Shown: positions 47,954 through 57,696 of the stretch, in pieces
Position numbering within the stretch: the first letter of the stretch is position 1
Layout of the letters: every line of letters begins with the position of its first letter
Assembly (NCBI GenBank): GCA_951406725.2
Contig: OX597838.1
Span: 41,354,001 to 41,418,000, forward strand
Direction: 5' to 3'
Length of the DNA stretch: 64,000 nt
From: Octopus vulgaris
Lineage: Eukaryota
Translations under genes and position numbers: made by a program
Notes under the pieces: model-generated
Databases searched by the model: none
Told to the model about the DNA's origin: nothing
Seen by the model: the letters and a program-made list of their open reading frames with translations, nothing else

Positions 47954-50685
47954 TCATGAATGCTCATACAACCCAGTTCACTATGTTGTGACAAGTGATG
48001 AAAAGTGAAAAAAATGGCAAAAGAGATGCTTTACTTGAGCTACTACTACAAACTGATGCTGCTATAATTGAACCTGCCAACTGTTGCTATGGCCATAATT
48101 GTTGTTGTTGGCAACTGGATAAACAACATACAAAACCACAAGCCAATAGCTAGTGTTCAATGAGATGACTAAAGCTCAGCTATGTCACGGTAGACCGATC
48201 CCAGCCTGTGTTAAAGGGGTGTTAATCCAGGGAATGAAGTATTATCAATTAAGGTTTTTTTTTTTTCCTAAAGTGGCTGAGACAGATCTTTTCTTCAGAA
48301 TGTTGGCCTCTTAGAAACCACCTTCAAATCTCTGCTCTTGTTACTGTCAAAATAAACTGAAGCTGCCAAACTTGAAGTGCTCTGAACAAACAAAACACCC
48401 AGTGCAGATAACAGTTATCAATCCGGTTTAATTTAGCTTAAAACTAAGAAACAAAGCCATCGTTCGCTAGGCTCTGCTTTCACACACAACGCAATAAGCT
48501 TGAAAAGGAACTACGTTGCTTGACTGGGCTTGGTGAAGCTGAATTGACTGTGGCAGTGATACATATCCAATGGCATAGTGATTGCAGTGAAGAAGAGATG
48601 ATATTGATTGGCTATTGATGATTAGTATTATTATTATTATTATTATAGTGGAAAGGTGGCCTAATGATGATGGCCATGATGATGATAAACTTAACTTCTA
48701 TTTCTGTAATGCATGTAAACATCTCAATCAGAGATGACTCTCTCTCTCTCTCTCTCTCTCTCCTTCCTCTTTATCAGACTAAAACCTTTCCTGTGTCATG
48801 TTCTCTATATGAAAACCAAACAGTGAGGTTGGTGTTAACAGCATAGAATGAATCAAGGAATTTTAAAATTAAAAATGCAAGATGGACAATAGAGTAGAGA
48901 GAGAGAGAGGCTGATCCTAGCAGTACAGTGACAATGTTGAAAAGGTTTCAGTCTTATTAGACCTCCTCTGCATAACATTCACAAATAATCTTGTCTACCA
49001 AGTCAGTTTTGTCTAGTAAACACTATACTTCACTGATGAGGACTAATAAGACTGAAACATATCCAGAGTTGTACTGCCAAGATCAGATTCACTCACTACA
49101 TTCTATTTCTAATTCTTTCTAATTAAAATTTTAAGTTTGTTTCTTATTGCTCGTCTGACCTGAAATCAACATTATACAATTAATACACCAAGGAAGCAAT
49201 TTTGATAAAAAAATTTCTTAGTTCACAACATTTGGTATATTAGTACAACCAGGAATATATTTCACAAAATTACATTTATAAATCCCAAAAGTCTTTTGAT
49301 CTGTGTGCAACAAAAATCTAATGAAATGATAGAATATAATCTCTAACCACCCACACTTCTCTCTGCTCTGTCCCCACCCATTTCTATTCACCTCCTAACC
49401 TTGACGGTCCCTCATGACACCTCATCACCATTTTTGACTCGTATCTCTTTCCAGCTCCATACTGACCACTTCCACCCTCTCTTCTATGCCAGGAAACACC
49501 ACTACAGCATGAAACCCATCCTGGCCCCTTTTCTCACACTTTGACTGCATCTCTTAGCATAAAGCCACCTCTCTACCTGGATCTTTGTCTTGCAGGATAC
49601 ATCACAACATCACTAATGTAGGTGCCGAAAAAAAAAAGCACCAAGGGCATGCTGTAATGGGAAGCATAGAAATGATACCAAAGCAGATACTAGAGCACAA
49701 TGTAGTCTTTGGACCGACTGGACCTTGTCAAACTGACCAATTCGTGTGTGCATGGAACCATGGATGTTAAATGATGATGGGGGGTGGGAGCGTGACAATT
49801 TAATGCAGTTAAAAGGCAAAATAAACTCCAGTATCCCGACGAGACTGGATGGACACAAGGACCAAAAAATCACTGCATGTCAGAATGGTCCCATAGGAAA
49901 CTAAAACCTTTCTTATTTGGGATTCCAAACATTTAAATAGATCTCCCCCTTCCCCCCCATGGCAGTTATTTGATAAGAGCTTATCAAAATTGTTGGAGTA
50001 GCCCTTTGACAGAATCCCTTTTGACCTCAAGGGAAATATTAGGAGCCACACTCAAATCATTTTACTGTCCACTTTTCCATGATTTTCAGATGAAATTCTT
50101 TGAGGCAGATTCTTTATAGCCTGATGCCTTTCCTGTCACCAACCTTCAACTGTTTCAAAGCAAAGTAATACTTCCTACTGGCCAGACACATTTCCATGGA
50201 AAACTGGAAACAAATGACACTGCTTGTATGACAGTGACACTCGCTTACAACTATCACTTGATGCCAACACAAGGACACAAACAACAGGCTTCTTTGCAGT
50301 TTCTGTCTACAAAATGCACAAGGCTTTGATCAGGGCAATAGCAGTCATTTATTCAAGCTGCCATGAAGTGGGATTGAACCCAAAAGGCAAACTTCATCTC
50401 ACAACCATACCTGTACTCACTGACGTATGGCTAAGTATTATGTAAATATATTTGTGAAAGAGGTAAAATATAAAAAATTACTATCTTTGAAATCATTTAA
50501 ATTTAACATCAAAATTCCTTCCTTGTTGAATGGGTTGAGTAAAATCAGTTTTGAAAAGAAGTATTATGGTTCCACAATGTGCATTGCTAATTAAAAGACC
50601 ACTTACCATTTCTGTCTCCTTTTGGAATGCATCTAAAGAGTTCAGGTATCCATTGGCACTAAGATAATCCGCAACTGCTTTGTTC
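10693..50685 (-). CDS. PAFAH1B1: LIS1/PAFAH1B1 ortholog, spliced CDS span (11 coding exons in window, 1195 nt; the first ~32 coding nt lie in an exon not found here)
   Basis: Joined exons translate without stops to (L)[13 protein letters not shown]...[21 protein letters not shown]...EWIPRPPE...seven WD40 repeats...[13 protein letters not shown], recognisably LIS1. All introns are GT-AG and phases are consistent. Confidence 0.97.
11510..11609. other. Assembly gap (100 N)
   Basis: Run of exactly 100 n in the last LIS1 intron. Confidence 1.
11713..12034. repeat. 46-bp minisatellite, 7 copies, with degenerate subunits continuing to ~12120
   Basis: Unit CATGGAAAAGCACGTGTGGCACCATGTAAAAACGCCTGTGCAGAGC starts at 11713, 11759, 11805, 11851, 11897, 11943 and 11989. 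Confidence 0.95.
14604..14760 (-). CDS. PAFAH1B1: LIS1 coding exon ([52 protein letters not shown]), 157 nt
   Basis: Acceptor ttttttgcag|, donor G|GTAAGA. Confidence 0.96.
15519..15955 (-). mobile_element. RTE-tail short retroposon with internal tandem subrepeats
   Basis: CATCGTCGTTTAACATCCGCTTTCCATGCTGGCATGGGTTGGAC...CCTAACGCCAACCACTCC... Related copies at 5012-5165, 10843-11010, 26395-26560, 54431-54689 (-) and 24264-24681 (+). Confidence 0.8.
16001..16830 (+). mobile_element. Internally deleted Tigger/pogo (Tc1-mariner superfamily) DNA transposon
   Basis: 30-bp TIRs CAGTCAACTCTCGCTACTATGCCACC(T/C)TGC match 29/30, with TA on both sides. Residual ORF 16217-16582 has an HTH_psq-like N-terminus ([14 protein letters not shown]) and acidic C-terminus but no DDE domain. 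Confidence 0.9.
18273..18486. mobile_element. piggyBac-like MITE, family 1
   Basis: TTAA-CCCTTTAACATT ... AATGCTAAAGAG-TTAA; related copies at 58037-58250 and 60048-60490. Confidence 0.7.
22785..22886 (-). CDS. PAFAH1B1: LIS1 coding exon ([34 protein letters not shown]), 102 nt
   Basis: Poly-T tract + ag| acceptor, donor TTG|GTGAGT. Confidence 0.95.
23191..23374 (-). mobile_element. 5'-truncated CR1/L2-type LINE 3' end with (TAAC)n tail, nested in a SINE
   Basis: Encodes [32 protein letters not shown] (CR1-like ORF2 C-terminus WNxLP...FK..LD), then a short UTR and taactaacta tail; splits a SINE head. Confidence 0.7.
24264..24681 (+). mobile_element. RTE-tail short retroposon with ~58-bp internal tandem repeats and (GAT)n tail
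   Basis: Repeated GGTGGCACGTAAAAGCACCATCCG...GCCGTTGCCAG units, then GGAGTGGTTGGCGTTAGGAAGGGCATCCAGC and atgatgatgat. Confidence 0.8.
24769..24959. mobile_element. piggyBac-like MITE, family 2
   Basis: TTAA-CCCTTTTGATATCA ... TGGTAACAAAAGGG-TTAA; related copies at ~12389-12626, ~45150-45382, ~55685-55903 and 60131-60352. Confidence 0.75.
24975..25411 (-). mobile_element. tRNA-head SINE with internal (TA)(CA) microsatellite
   Basis: Reverse-complement homology to the 37121-37563 copy. Confidence 0.8.
25984..26115 (-). CDS. PAFAH1B1: LIS1 coding exon ([44 protein letters not shown]), 132 nt
   Basis: Acceptor ttttattttag|, donor ACC|GTAAGT; follows a 93-nt intron. Confidence 0.95.
26209..26305 (-). 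CDS. PAFAH1B1: LIS1 coding exon ([32 protein letters not shown]), 97 nt
   Basis: Acceptor tctcttcag|, donor CAG|GTAATG. Confidence 0.95.
27916..28018 (-). CDS. PAFAH1B1: LIS1 coding exon ([35 protein letters not shown]), 103 nt
   Basis: Acceptor tcttccttgcag|, donor GG|GTAAGT. Confidence 0.95.
29214..29285 (-). CDS. PAFAH1B1: LIS1 coding exon ([24 protein letters not shown]), 72 nt
   Basis: Acceptor atttcag|, donor G|GTAAGT. Confidence 0.95.
29375..29477. repeat. 33-bp tandem repeat, 3 copies
   Basis: TTACCTGACATGG(A/T)AATATACAATAGATACTTT at 29375, 29408 and 29441. Confidence 0.95.
29943..30039 (-). CDS. PAFAH1B1: LIS1 coding exon ([32 protein letters not shown]), 97 nt
   Basis: Acceptor tttttccag|, donor G|GTTAGT; ends in phase 1. 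Confidence 0.95.
32183..32389 (-). CDS. PAFAH1B1: LIS1 coding exon (VMDLESK...[18 protein letters not shown]...SEDATIK), 207 nt
   Basis: Acceptor gttttag|, donor AAG|GTAAGA; coiled coil plus WD1. Confidence 0.96.
32467..32825 (-). mobile_element. tRNA-head SINE, near full length, ~75 nt upstream of a LIS1 acceptor
   Basis: Reverse-complement match to the 37121 copy, including head GGCGCAGGAGTGGCTGTGTGGTAAG and GTAAAAGAGTA tail. Confidence 0.85.
33263..33526. mobile_element. Possible decayed Tc1/mariner-type MITE
   Basis: ta-CCGTAATTTCCAAACTATGA ... TCATACACCGAAAACTACAG forms imperfect inverted termini. Confidence 0.4.
33545..35918 (-). mobile_element. Decayed full-length hAT (Buster/Charlie-type) DNA transposon
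   Basis: Perfect 16-bp TIRs CAGTGGTTCTCAAACT / AGTTTGAGAACCACTG. Frameshifted transposase motifs on - strand: [38 protein letters not shown], and C-terminal [15 protein letters not shown]. No 8-bp TSD preserved. Confidence 0.88.
36575..36820. repeat. 246-bp direct repeat, copy 1
   Basis: Matches 40446-40691 with about 4 substitutions. Confidence 0.93.
37121..37563 (+). mobile_element. Young full-length tRNA-head SINE
   Basis: A-box/B-box-like head (TGGCTGTGTGG...GGTTCAGTCCC), CORE-like CTTGGGCAAGT segment, internal (TA)n(TG)n, GTAAAAGA tail repeats. Degenerate copies include ~2960, 6462, 17515, 23750, 28400, 30420, 31725, 45645, 55410, 58650, 61230 and 63655. Confidence 0.88.
39077..39447 (-). 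mobile_element. Young tRNA-head SINE, inverted relative to the 37121 copy
   Basis: Highly similar reverse complement of 37121-37563. Confidence 0.88.
40446..40691. repeat. 246-bp direct repeat, copy 2
   Basis: Matches 36575-36820 (AGCTTCTATCTCTTTGCAC...GAAAGAAACACATT). Confidence 0.93.
43599..43997 (+). mobile_element. Non-autonomous Helitron
   Basis: A|TCTTTATATATAAAAG 5' end, subterminal hairpin CCCAAGCAACGCCGGG, 3' CTAG|T. Inserted between A and T with no TSD; internal ~100-bp direct repeat. Confidence 0.82.
44590..44664 (-). CDS. PAFAH1B1: LIS1 coding exon ([25 protein letters not shown]), 75 nt
   Basis: Acceptor ttttaaccag|, donor AAG|GTATTT; conserved LIS1 motif. Confidence 0.95.
46440..46602 (-). 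mobile_element. Old SINE fragment with Deu/Nin-like domain
   Basis: GGTACCCATTTACAGCTGAATGAACTGGAGCAAC...TGCTCAAGGATGCAAC, the reverse complement of the CAGCTGTAAATGGGTACC core (family assignment from recall). Confidence 0.55.
47233..47648 (+). mobile_element. Young full-length tRNA-head SINE
   Basis: Near-identical to 37121-37563. Confidence 0.88.
48910..49086. repeat. Decayed inverted repeat with hammerhead-like cores (second Penelope-like relic)
   Basis: CTGATGAGGACTAATAAGACTGAAAC at 49033-58 mirrors GTTTCAGTCTTATTAGACCTCCTCTG at 48945-70; flanking ctgatcctagcagtaca / tgtactgccaagatcag also mirror. Confidence 0.6.
50607..50685 (-). CDS. PAFAH1B1: LIS1 coding exon (LisH: [26 protein letters not shown]), 79 nt
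   Basis: Acceptor tatttttag| at 50686-87, donor |GTAAGT at 50601-06; starts with 1 nt completing a split codon. Confidence 0.93.
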
Positions 50686-52135
50686 CTAAAAATAAATATT
50701 AGTTTAAATTAATTGCAATTTCAATATTAATTTTTAACATGGCAATATTCTAGGTTTAAAAAAAAAAAATAAACGTTTAATTTATTGGAAATGAAAGAAT
50801 AAAAAGTTATGGCATTCAGAATTTAACAAAAATAAGAAGGGAATTCAAACTGGAAATTTTAAATGAAGACAAAAATTCCAACTTCTTCCTGCTAAAAGTC
50901 TCTTCTCACATATGAGAGCAGAGTGTATTGTCGTCAGTCAACCAATGCAATTTTCTTTCTTTTTTTTTTTTTACTCAATACTTCTTTTCTACAAGATTTG
51001 AACCCAAAACAGTGAAGTACTTATTCAAGGTTCAGTCACAAGAGGAAAGGCAACGGTAAGCATGCCCCTTTTCTTGTAGTACATTTAAGACCAGCGGGGC
51101 AAACAAGAAACCCTAACTCACAGGTTATCCTCAGACAAAAGCCCTAATCTAAAGGTTGGCACCAAAATGGCACTGTTAAAAGCACCACTCAAGAGCAGAT
51201 ACAATGCATGTAAAAGGAGCTCCAAAGTTTGTCTCCACAGTTTTACAAGGTTTGGGTTAGTCTAAATCTGGTAAAAGACACTTGCCAACACAGGCAGCAA
51301 TCCCAACCCAACAGGGGGCAATCCTGTCCCAACACAGGGACGAAACACTATAGTGGCTTCCTGCTAACTTAAAAAGCCATGTACCTCTTCCCAGGGATAA
51401 AAAAGCATTTGTATAGAGCCACCATCCTTACTTAAACAAAAAAGTAAAGTTACAGAACCATCAATGGCAATTCAAAACCAACAAGAGCTGGGAGAAGAAG
51501 ACAGCCTAGAGTAGAGAACAGTAGAGAGAAGTTATCAGCAGTCTATGTCCCAGACAGGGGTGAATGAAGGACTTAAGTTGGGAGTCAGTTAACAAAACTC
51601 ACACTTCCCACAGCTTAAATCCCACCAAGAGCAAATTCAACAACCTCAAGACGACCTTCTTCCTGCTCCCTACTTTGTATTCTCTTAAAACCACAGTCTA
51701 CTCCTTGTTCTGTTTTCTCTTTAATCTGTACTCTATATTCTGCCACCATTTATTCATATTAGGGTGTGAAGAGATCCTCATTAATTCACTGCAATAGCAG
51801 CCAGCCAGCAAGATAGGTTACTAAATACTAGTGGTATGGGTGTGAACATAGGAATTATCAAATCAACAGGAGACTCAGCTCAACAATGTAAAGCATACTT
51901 CAACGGCAGCCAAGCACGGCAAACATTTCTAATCTATTATTACTGGCTGTGGGAGAGCCATGTCTTAGTAAAAACCAGTCAGTAAGGAAAGGACAAAGAA
52001 GGGCTAGAGCTTCTACCTGACTCATTTCACTCCACACACCTTTCATACACACACATTTCTGTATACATATATAAATGTGCATGCGTGTTTATACTGTATT
52101 TGTGAAAGTAGTATCAGTATCAAGTATTCTACATG

Positions 52136-52176
<41 letters not shown>

Positions 52177-52317
52177 AAACTAAATTATAGCTTTTACCAT
52201 ATATCTTGTAATTCAGTTACAAGTTCAAATTTCACCACAATCATTAAAACAAGGTATCAATAATCTTTCCTCAATAATTAATTTACACCTTTATGTGTGT
52301 GTGTGTGTGTGTTTGAA

Positions 52318-53381
52318 CCAGGTGATGAAAGTTATAGAGAGGAACATACCTCAACTAATTAAGAAGAGAGTTAACCTGTATGAGATGCATTTCCGTTTTG
52401 TGCCAAGCAGAAGCACTGCTGATGCTAAATTTCTGGGAGGCCAACTGCAGACGAAGCATTTAGCCAAGAATAAACCTCTGTACTTGGCTCCTGTAGACCA
52501 GGAGAAAGCCTTTGTGACAGAGTCCCCCATTCCCTTATCTGGTGGTTGGTGAGAGCAGTACAAACCTTGTACAAGGATTCTATCAACAAGGCAAAAGTCA
52601 GCAATGACTATAGCACTGAATCTAGTGTACAGGTAGGAGTTCACTAAGGACTGGTTCTCAGCTTCCTCTAGTTTATCAAAGTCTTTCCTGTCATAACAGA
52701 GGAATTTAAGATTTTGGCTACCTTTGGGAGCTCCTCTACACTAATGATCTTATAGCTGAAACACGACTTGAACTATAGAGAAAGTTTCAGGTGTGGAAGC
52801 AAGGTCTGGAATCAAGGGGCATTAGAGTTAATTGAATTAAGACCCCTCTTGTTCATCACTAAGGATCAGTACTCAGACCCCTCTTGTTCATCTTAGTCCT
52901 CCAGGTGATAACAGAGGAATCCAAGACAGGCTGCCACTGGGAGCTCCTTTATGCTGATGACCTTGCTCTTATAGTTGAATCACTACAAGAACTAGAAGTT
53001 TCAGGTATGGAAACAAGGTCTAGAATCGAAGATCCTTAGAGTTAACCTAGCAAAAACCAAAGTCTTCGTGAGTAGGAAAGACATGTGAAGCTAAGTAAAA
53101 ATGTAAAACTGTGGCCATCCATTCATACAGGCATGTCCTTTGTCCCTCCCTCACCTGAGAGGTCGTTCCCTTGAGGGCTCGCAGGTGCTGGTATCACATA
53201 AAAGCATCTGTACCAGTGCCACATAAAAAGCACCCAGAACACTCTGTAAAGTGGTTGGCATTAGGAAGGGCATCCAGCCATAGAAACCAGGCCAAAACAG
53301 ACAATAGGGACCTGGGCAGCTCCTGTCAAACTGTCTGTAACCTATGGAAACTGGACATTAAATGATGACGACGATGATGAT
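52318..53381 (+). mobile_element. Decayed RTE-clade LINE: RT fragment with internal duplication, then 3' tail
   Basis: HFRFVPSRSTADAKF...KNKPLYLAPVDQEKAF (RTE-like QFGF..STTDAIF..DLEKAFD), GVH*GLVLS and YADDL (tatgctgatgacctt, ~52950); the 3' tail ends in (GAT)n. Confidence 0.8.
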
Positions 53382-54430
53382 ATATAGATGTGCGCATGCA
53401 CACACACACAGAGTTTGGTGTCAGTGTTATCAAAAACAGTTGCTAAAATAACTTGCAAAAATCAATTATTAAATTATAGCAAAACATTTGAAACTGGCTA
53501 AAAATGAGAAAGGAATATTTTCAGATTTTATCAATTATTTTTATTAAAATGCTTTACAATATATAATAATGAGTAACTGCACACACACACACACACACGT
53601 GCGTGCGTGTGTGTGTGTGTGTTAATGCTTACAGTGTAGAAATACTGGGGCTTTTTAGACTAAACAAATATATCGCACGCATACACACGCACACAATGAG
53701 TTTTTAGATTTTAATAAAACCCAACAACAACAACATCACATTTTTAACATTTGCTTTAATAATTCCATTTCAGCAACCGTTATTCTTTGATCAATTGTAA
53801 TTTTTGCAATCAACTGTTTACAACAAATTGCATTTCAATCAATTGAAACGCACAAATTCATTTTAACATACATATTACTACACACGCAGAGTTTCAATAT
53901 GCACAAATGCATGCATGAACACCACTTATACACTAACAAAACTCAACAAGCCATGAGTGAGCTTCTATGTGGTCACACAACCTGCCAGAAACAGAAGCTA
54001 CATCCCTCATATCATCCAAATCACTAACTTAAAAATGGAAATGTGTTTAGCCCCACAGACAATAAAAGACATGATGGTCATGGCAGGAATGCTACTGAAT
54101 CAACATGGAAGCTAAACATCACTAAAAGCTACAAAGACAAACACTGAGTCCTGTCGTAGCCAAGCAGTCGAATGCAGCAGCTGGCAAAGAAACGGAATAT
54201 ATTTCCAGGTCTAACCAAGTAAGTAGTTATGCTTCTAAAATGCTCATAGTGTTAAATATATTGGGAAATTCAAGGAAAACCATGTCAATTATCACTTGAC
54301 AAACATAGTTCATGGGGTGCATGCAGAACAATGAAAATCCACAGAATAACATATCTATTCCTTAATACTTTCTGGTAAAGCATCAGATATTCACATCTGT
54401 TGCCAGAACATATTAAGAATTAAGAGATAT

Positions 54431-54689
54431 CATCATCATCATCGTTTAACGTCCGCTCTCCATGCTAGCATGGGTTGGACAGTTCAACTGGGGTCTGGGA
54501 AGCCAGGAGGCTGCACCAGGCCCAGTCTGATCTGGCAGTGTTTCTACAGCTGGATGCACTTCCTAACGCCAACCACTCCGTGAGTGTAGTGGGTGCTTTT
54601 TACGTGCCACCGGCATGGATGCCAGTCAGGGCGGCGCTGGCATCAGCCACATTCAGATGGTTCTCTTACGTGCCACCGGCACTGGTATC
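54431..54689 (-). mobile_element. RTE-tail short retroposon
   Basis: Same family as the 15519 and 24264 copies; (CAT)n on + corresponds to the tail. Confidence 0.8.
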
Positions 54690-57663
54690 ACAGCTACAAT
54701 TTCCATTGATGTTGATCGATTTTGATTTGTTTATTAATATAATTTGATTTGTTTATTAATATAAATAATACCTCTACCCAACAAAAAGAAAGCTTCAAAG
54801 AATGAATAAAGAAGCAGCTAAAACAGATAAAAAGTGATACACTTATCAAAGACAGGTGGAAAAGTCTTTTGCTTCTGGCAGGCATTTCAGTCATTAATTG
54901 TCCAGAATGAAATGTCCTTGAGACTAATGCAACATGGCCAGACTACAGTTTAAACAATTGTTTTTTAACACACTGGTTTTGTCTCATAATAGAGACATTT
55001 ACAAGGTCGATTTCAAGAGAAAGATCTATGTATTTACATCTTAGCAATTAACTGGTCAAGTTCATGTCAAATAGACACTCAATAACCAATCTCGTCAATT
55101 GAATAATCAATTTCTTTCGTTAGTCAACACCATAATTTGCTTACAAATACCTTCCAATTGATAGGTTTAACTTCTACTTTCCCATGCTGGCATGGGTTGG
55201 GTTGAGTTTACTGAGGTAAATTTTCTATGGCCAGATGTCCTTCCTGTTGCTAATCCTTACCTGTATCCAAGTAAGGTAGTATTTCTCTTTGGCCAGACAT
55301 GTTTTCGCAAAATACTTCAAATGAAGGACACTACTTCTATGACAATCATTTACAACTATCATGTGATGTCATGACAAACACATAAACATCATTATACACA
55401 CACGCACGCAACAAGCTTCTCTCTGTTTCCATTTACCAAATCCACTCTCAGAGTTTTGACCTGGGATTATAGTGTTAGAAGACACTTGTCCAAGATGCCT
55501 TGCAGAGGGACTGAACCTGAAGCCTTGTGGTTAGGAAGCAGACTCCTCGACCAAACCCACACCCACACACAGCCATGCCTAAACCAATGAAAGCAGAGAC
55601 AGTGTCGGTTTTCTTTCAACAATACCAGATGGTTACTCATTTAAAAAAAAAAAACTTTTACCAACAAACCAACTGGGGTATATTTCTAGTATATCAACTC
55701 TTTTGGTACTAAACCACATTAAATTACCCCTGATTCTAAGAATCACAATTCTTGATTTAATTAAATAATGACTAGGCTAATTTATAGTCCAAACACCAGC
55801 TTAATAATGACAGAAGTCATTTTACAAAATTCTTAATTGATTTTGAAATTAACTGAAACAATGGCAGTGTATTTCAACAGAAATATGGCAACAAATGGGT
55901 TAAAATTAGCATTAGCTGGGTGGGAGAGATGAAAGAAAATCCAGAAGGTTGTTAATATAGGCATTGGACATATAAAAGCATAAACCCTTTTAACCTCTAG
56001 CTCAACAGTAGTATCACTGGTTATAGGCATCCAGCAGGCCGATCACAGAATCACTTCACTTGACTGAGAGTGACAAAGGATTGTCTGTGCAACTGGAATG
56101 TTTGGGAGAAGCCAATACAAGAAGGTATTTTTACTCAGAAACACTTCTGTTTCAAGGTTTTTGACAAAGTTTTTTCATGGTGCACCGAGATACATCCATG
56201 GAAAGTAGAGACACACAAATACAACCTAGTTCCACACGCTTCCTGTCTATGAATCTTATGGCTGCAGGGAGCCAATGTCCAAGGGGCCCATACAGTAGAA
56301 AGCCATGTCTACAACATCTCTACTAATGCGTTCATCCTCAATCCATGTCTTTTAAATTAGATACAAAATTTCCTTCACTACAACACAATCCTTGAAATGT
56401 TACCTCACCCACCTGATCCACACAAAACACACACCTGCCAAACTGATATAGGAAACAGTTACTTGTACTGGGTACCTATCAAGAAAACAGGCTCATAAAC
56501 TGATCAAATCAATGACACCCATCTCTGATGCAGTTACTTCCCCCATTCCCCATCTCATGTAATTCTTACTTCAATTTCCCCCATCCTGTATAAACAATAA
56601 ATCCAAGAATGATGCAACTCAAGCTGGCATTTACACTGCACAATTATACAAACAGATTAAATAGTTTTATCTCGCACCAGACTGAAACAAAGTTAATTTG
56701 AAGTTAAACTATGGATTACTTAGCAGTAATTGATCGATGAATTGCATGTCATGTCTACCCAAGCAGAGTTAATCAACAACAACTCTTCAGTAATGATTTC
56801 TCTCACTAACGAAGTACACACACAACACTATACAAACAATTCACCTGAGGTGGAAGGTATATCTCTGAAATGGACCTGTAGACATTGTATACATCTGACG
56901 TACACAGAGGTATGCCTGGTAAGCTAAGCCACCAAACTAGAAGAAAGCAGCTAAATCACCCTCAAACCACACTTTATTAGAAATGGAACATGTTCAATAA
57001 TGTAATTCAAGACAAACTATTCCTGATCAAAAACAAAAAAGCCAAAATGGTTGGAGCTTAAATGCCTTTCACCATAAATGTGATCAAATATATTTAATGT
57101 TACAGTGAAGTACTCACATGAAAACATGAAAAGGGGAAAATAAAACCCTTAAAATTCAGACACACGCACCCCATCCATCTCCCAATGACAAAGTGAATGA
57201 AGATTCAGCTTTCAGTTAATTCCCCACTAATACTAACATTAATTTGTATTCGTGATGGATCAATAATGGAGCAAGTCAAAGTGTTTTAAACAAAACAAAT
57301 ATATGAAATGACAGCCTGTTGCGTTTAACGAGCCAGGAGGATAAAAGGGAGAGGCAAAGAGAAGGACTGGCAATCATTAAAATAATATGTAAATTCATGT
57401 AAATTTATGTTTGGAAAACAGACATTAAAGGATGATGATGGTGTAATAATAGGAGCAGTAGTAGTAGTAGTAGTAGTAATTCTTTCTAGACAGTAATACT
57501 AATTGCATACAAAGTGAACAACTAGTGTTAAGAGGAACTACACTATCAAACGCACACTCAGGTCGACTCCACCTAAGCAACAAGATGTTCCACAAATCAT
57601 CCTGCTCTATCTCTGCTCACCACACATTTTCATATGCAACAACAAAATGTTTATGTGCACGAA

Positions 57664-57696
<33 letters not shown>

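Noticed and set aside
51291-51365. GTCCC-aacaca-GGGAC-GAAAC followed by the palindrome CACTATAGTG, resembling the 3' half of a hammerhead
   Set aside because: No CUGANGA core upstream of the stem and no UH cleavage site; at best an unrecognisable relic.
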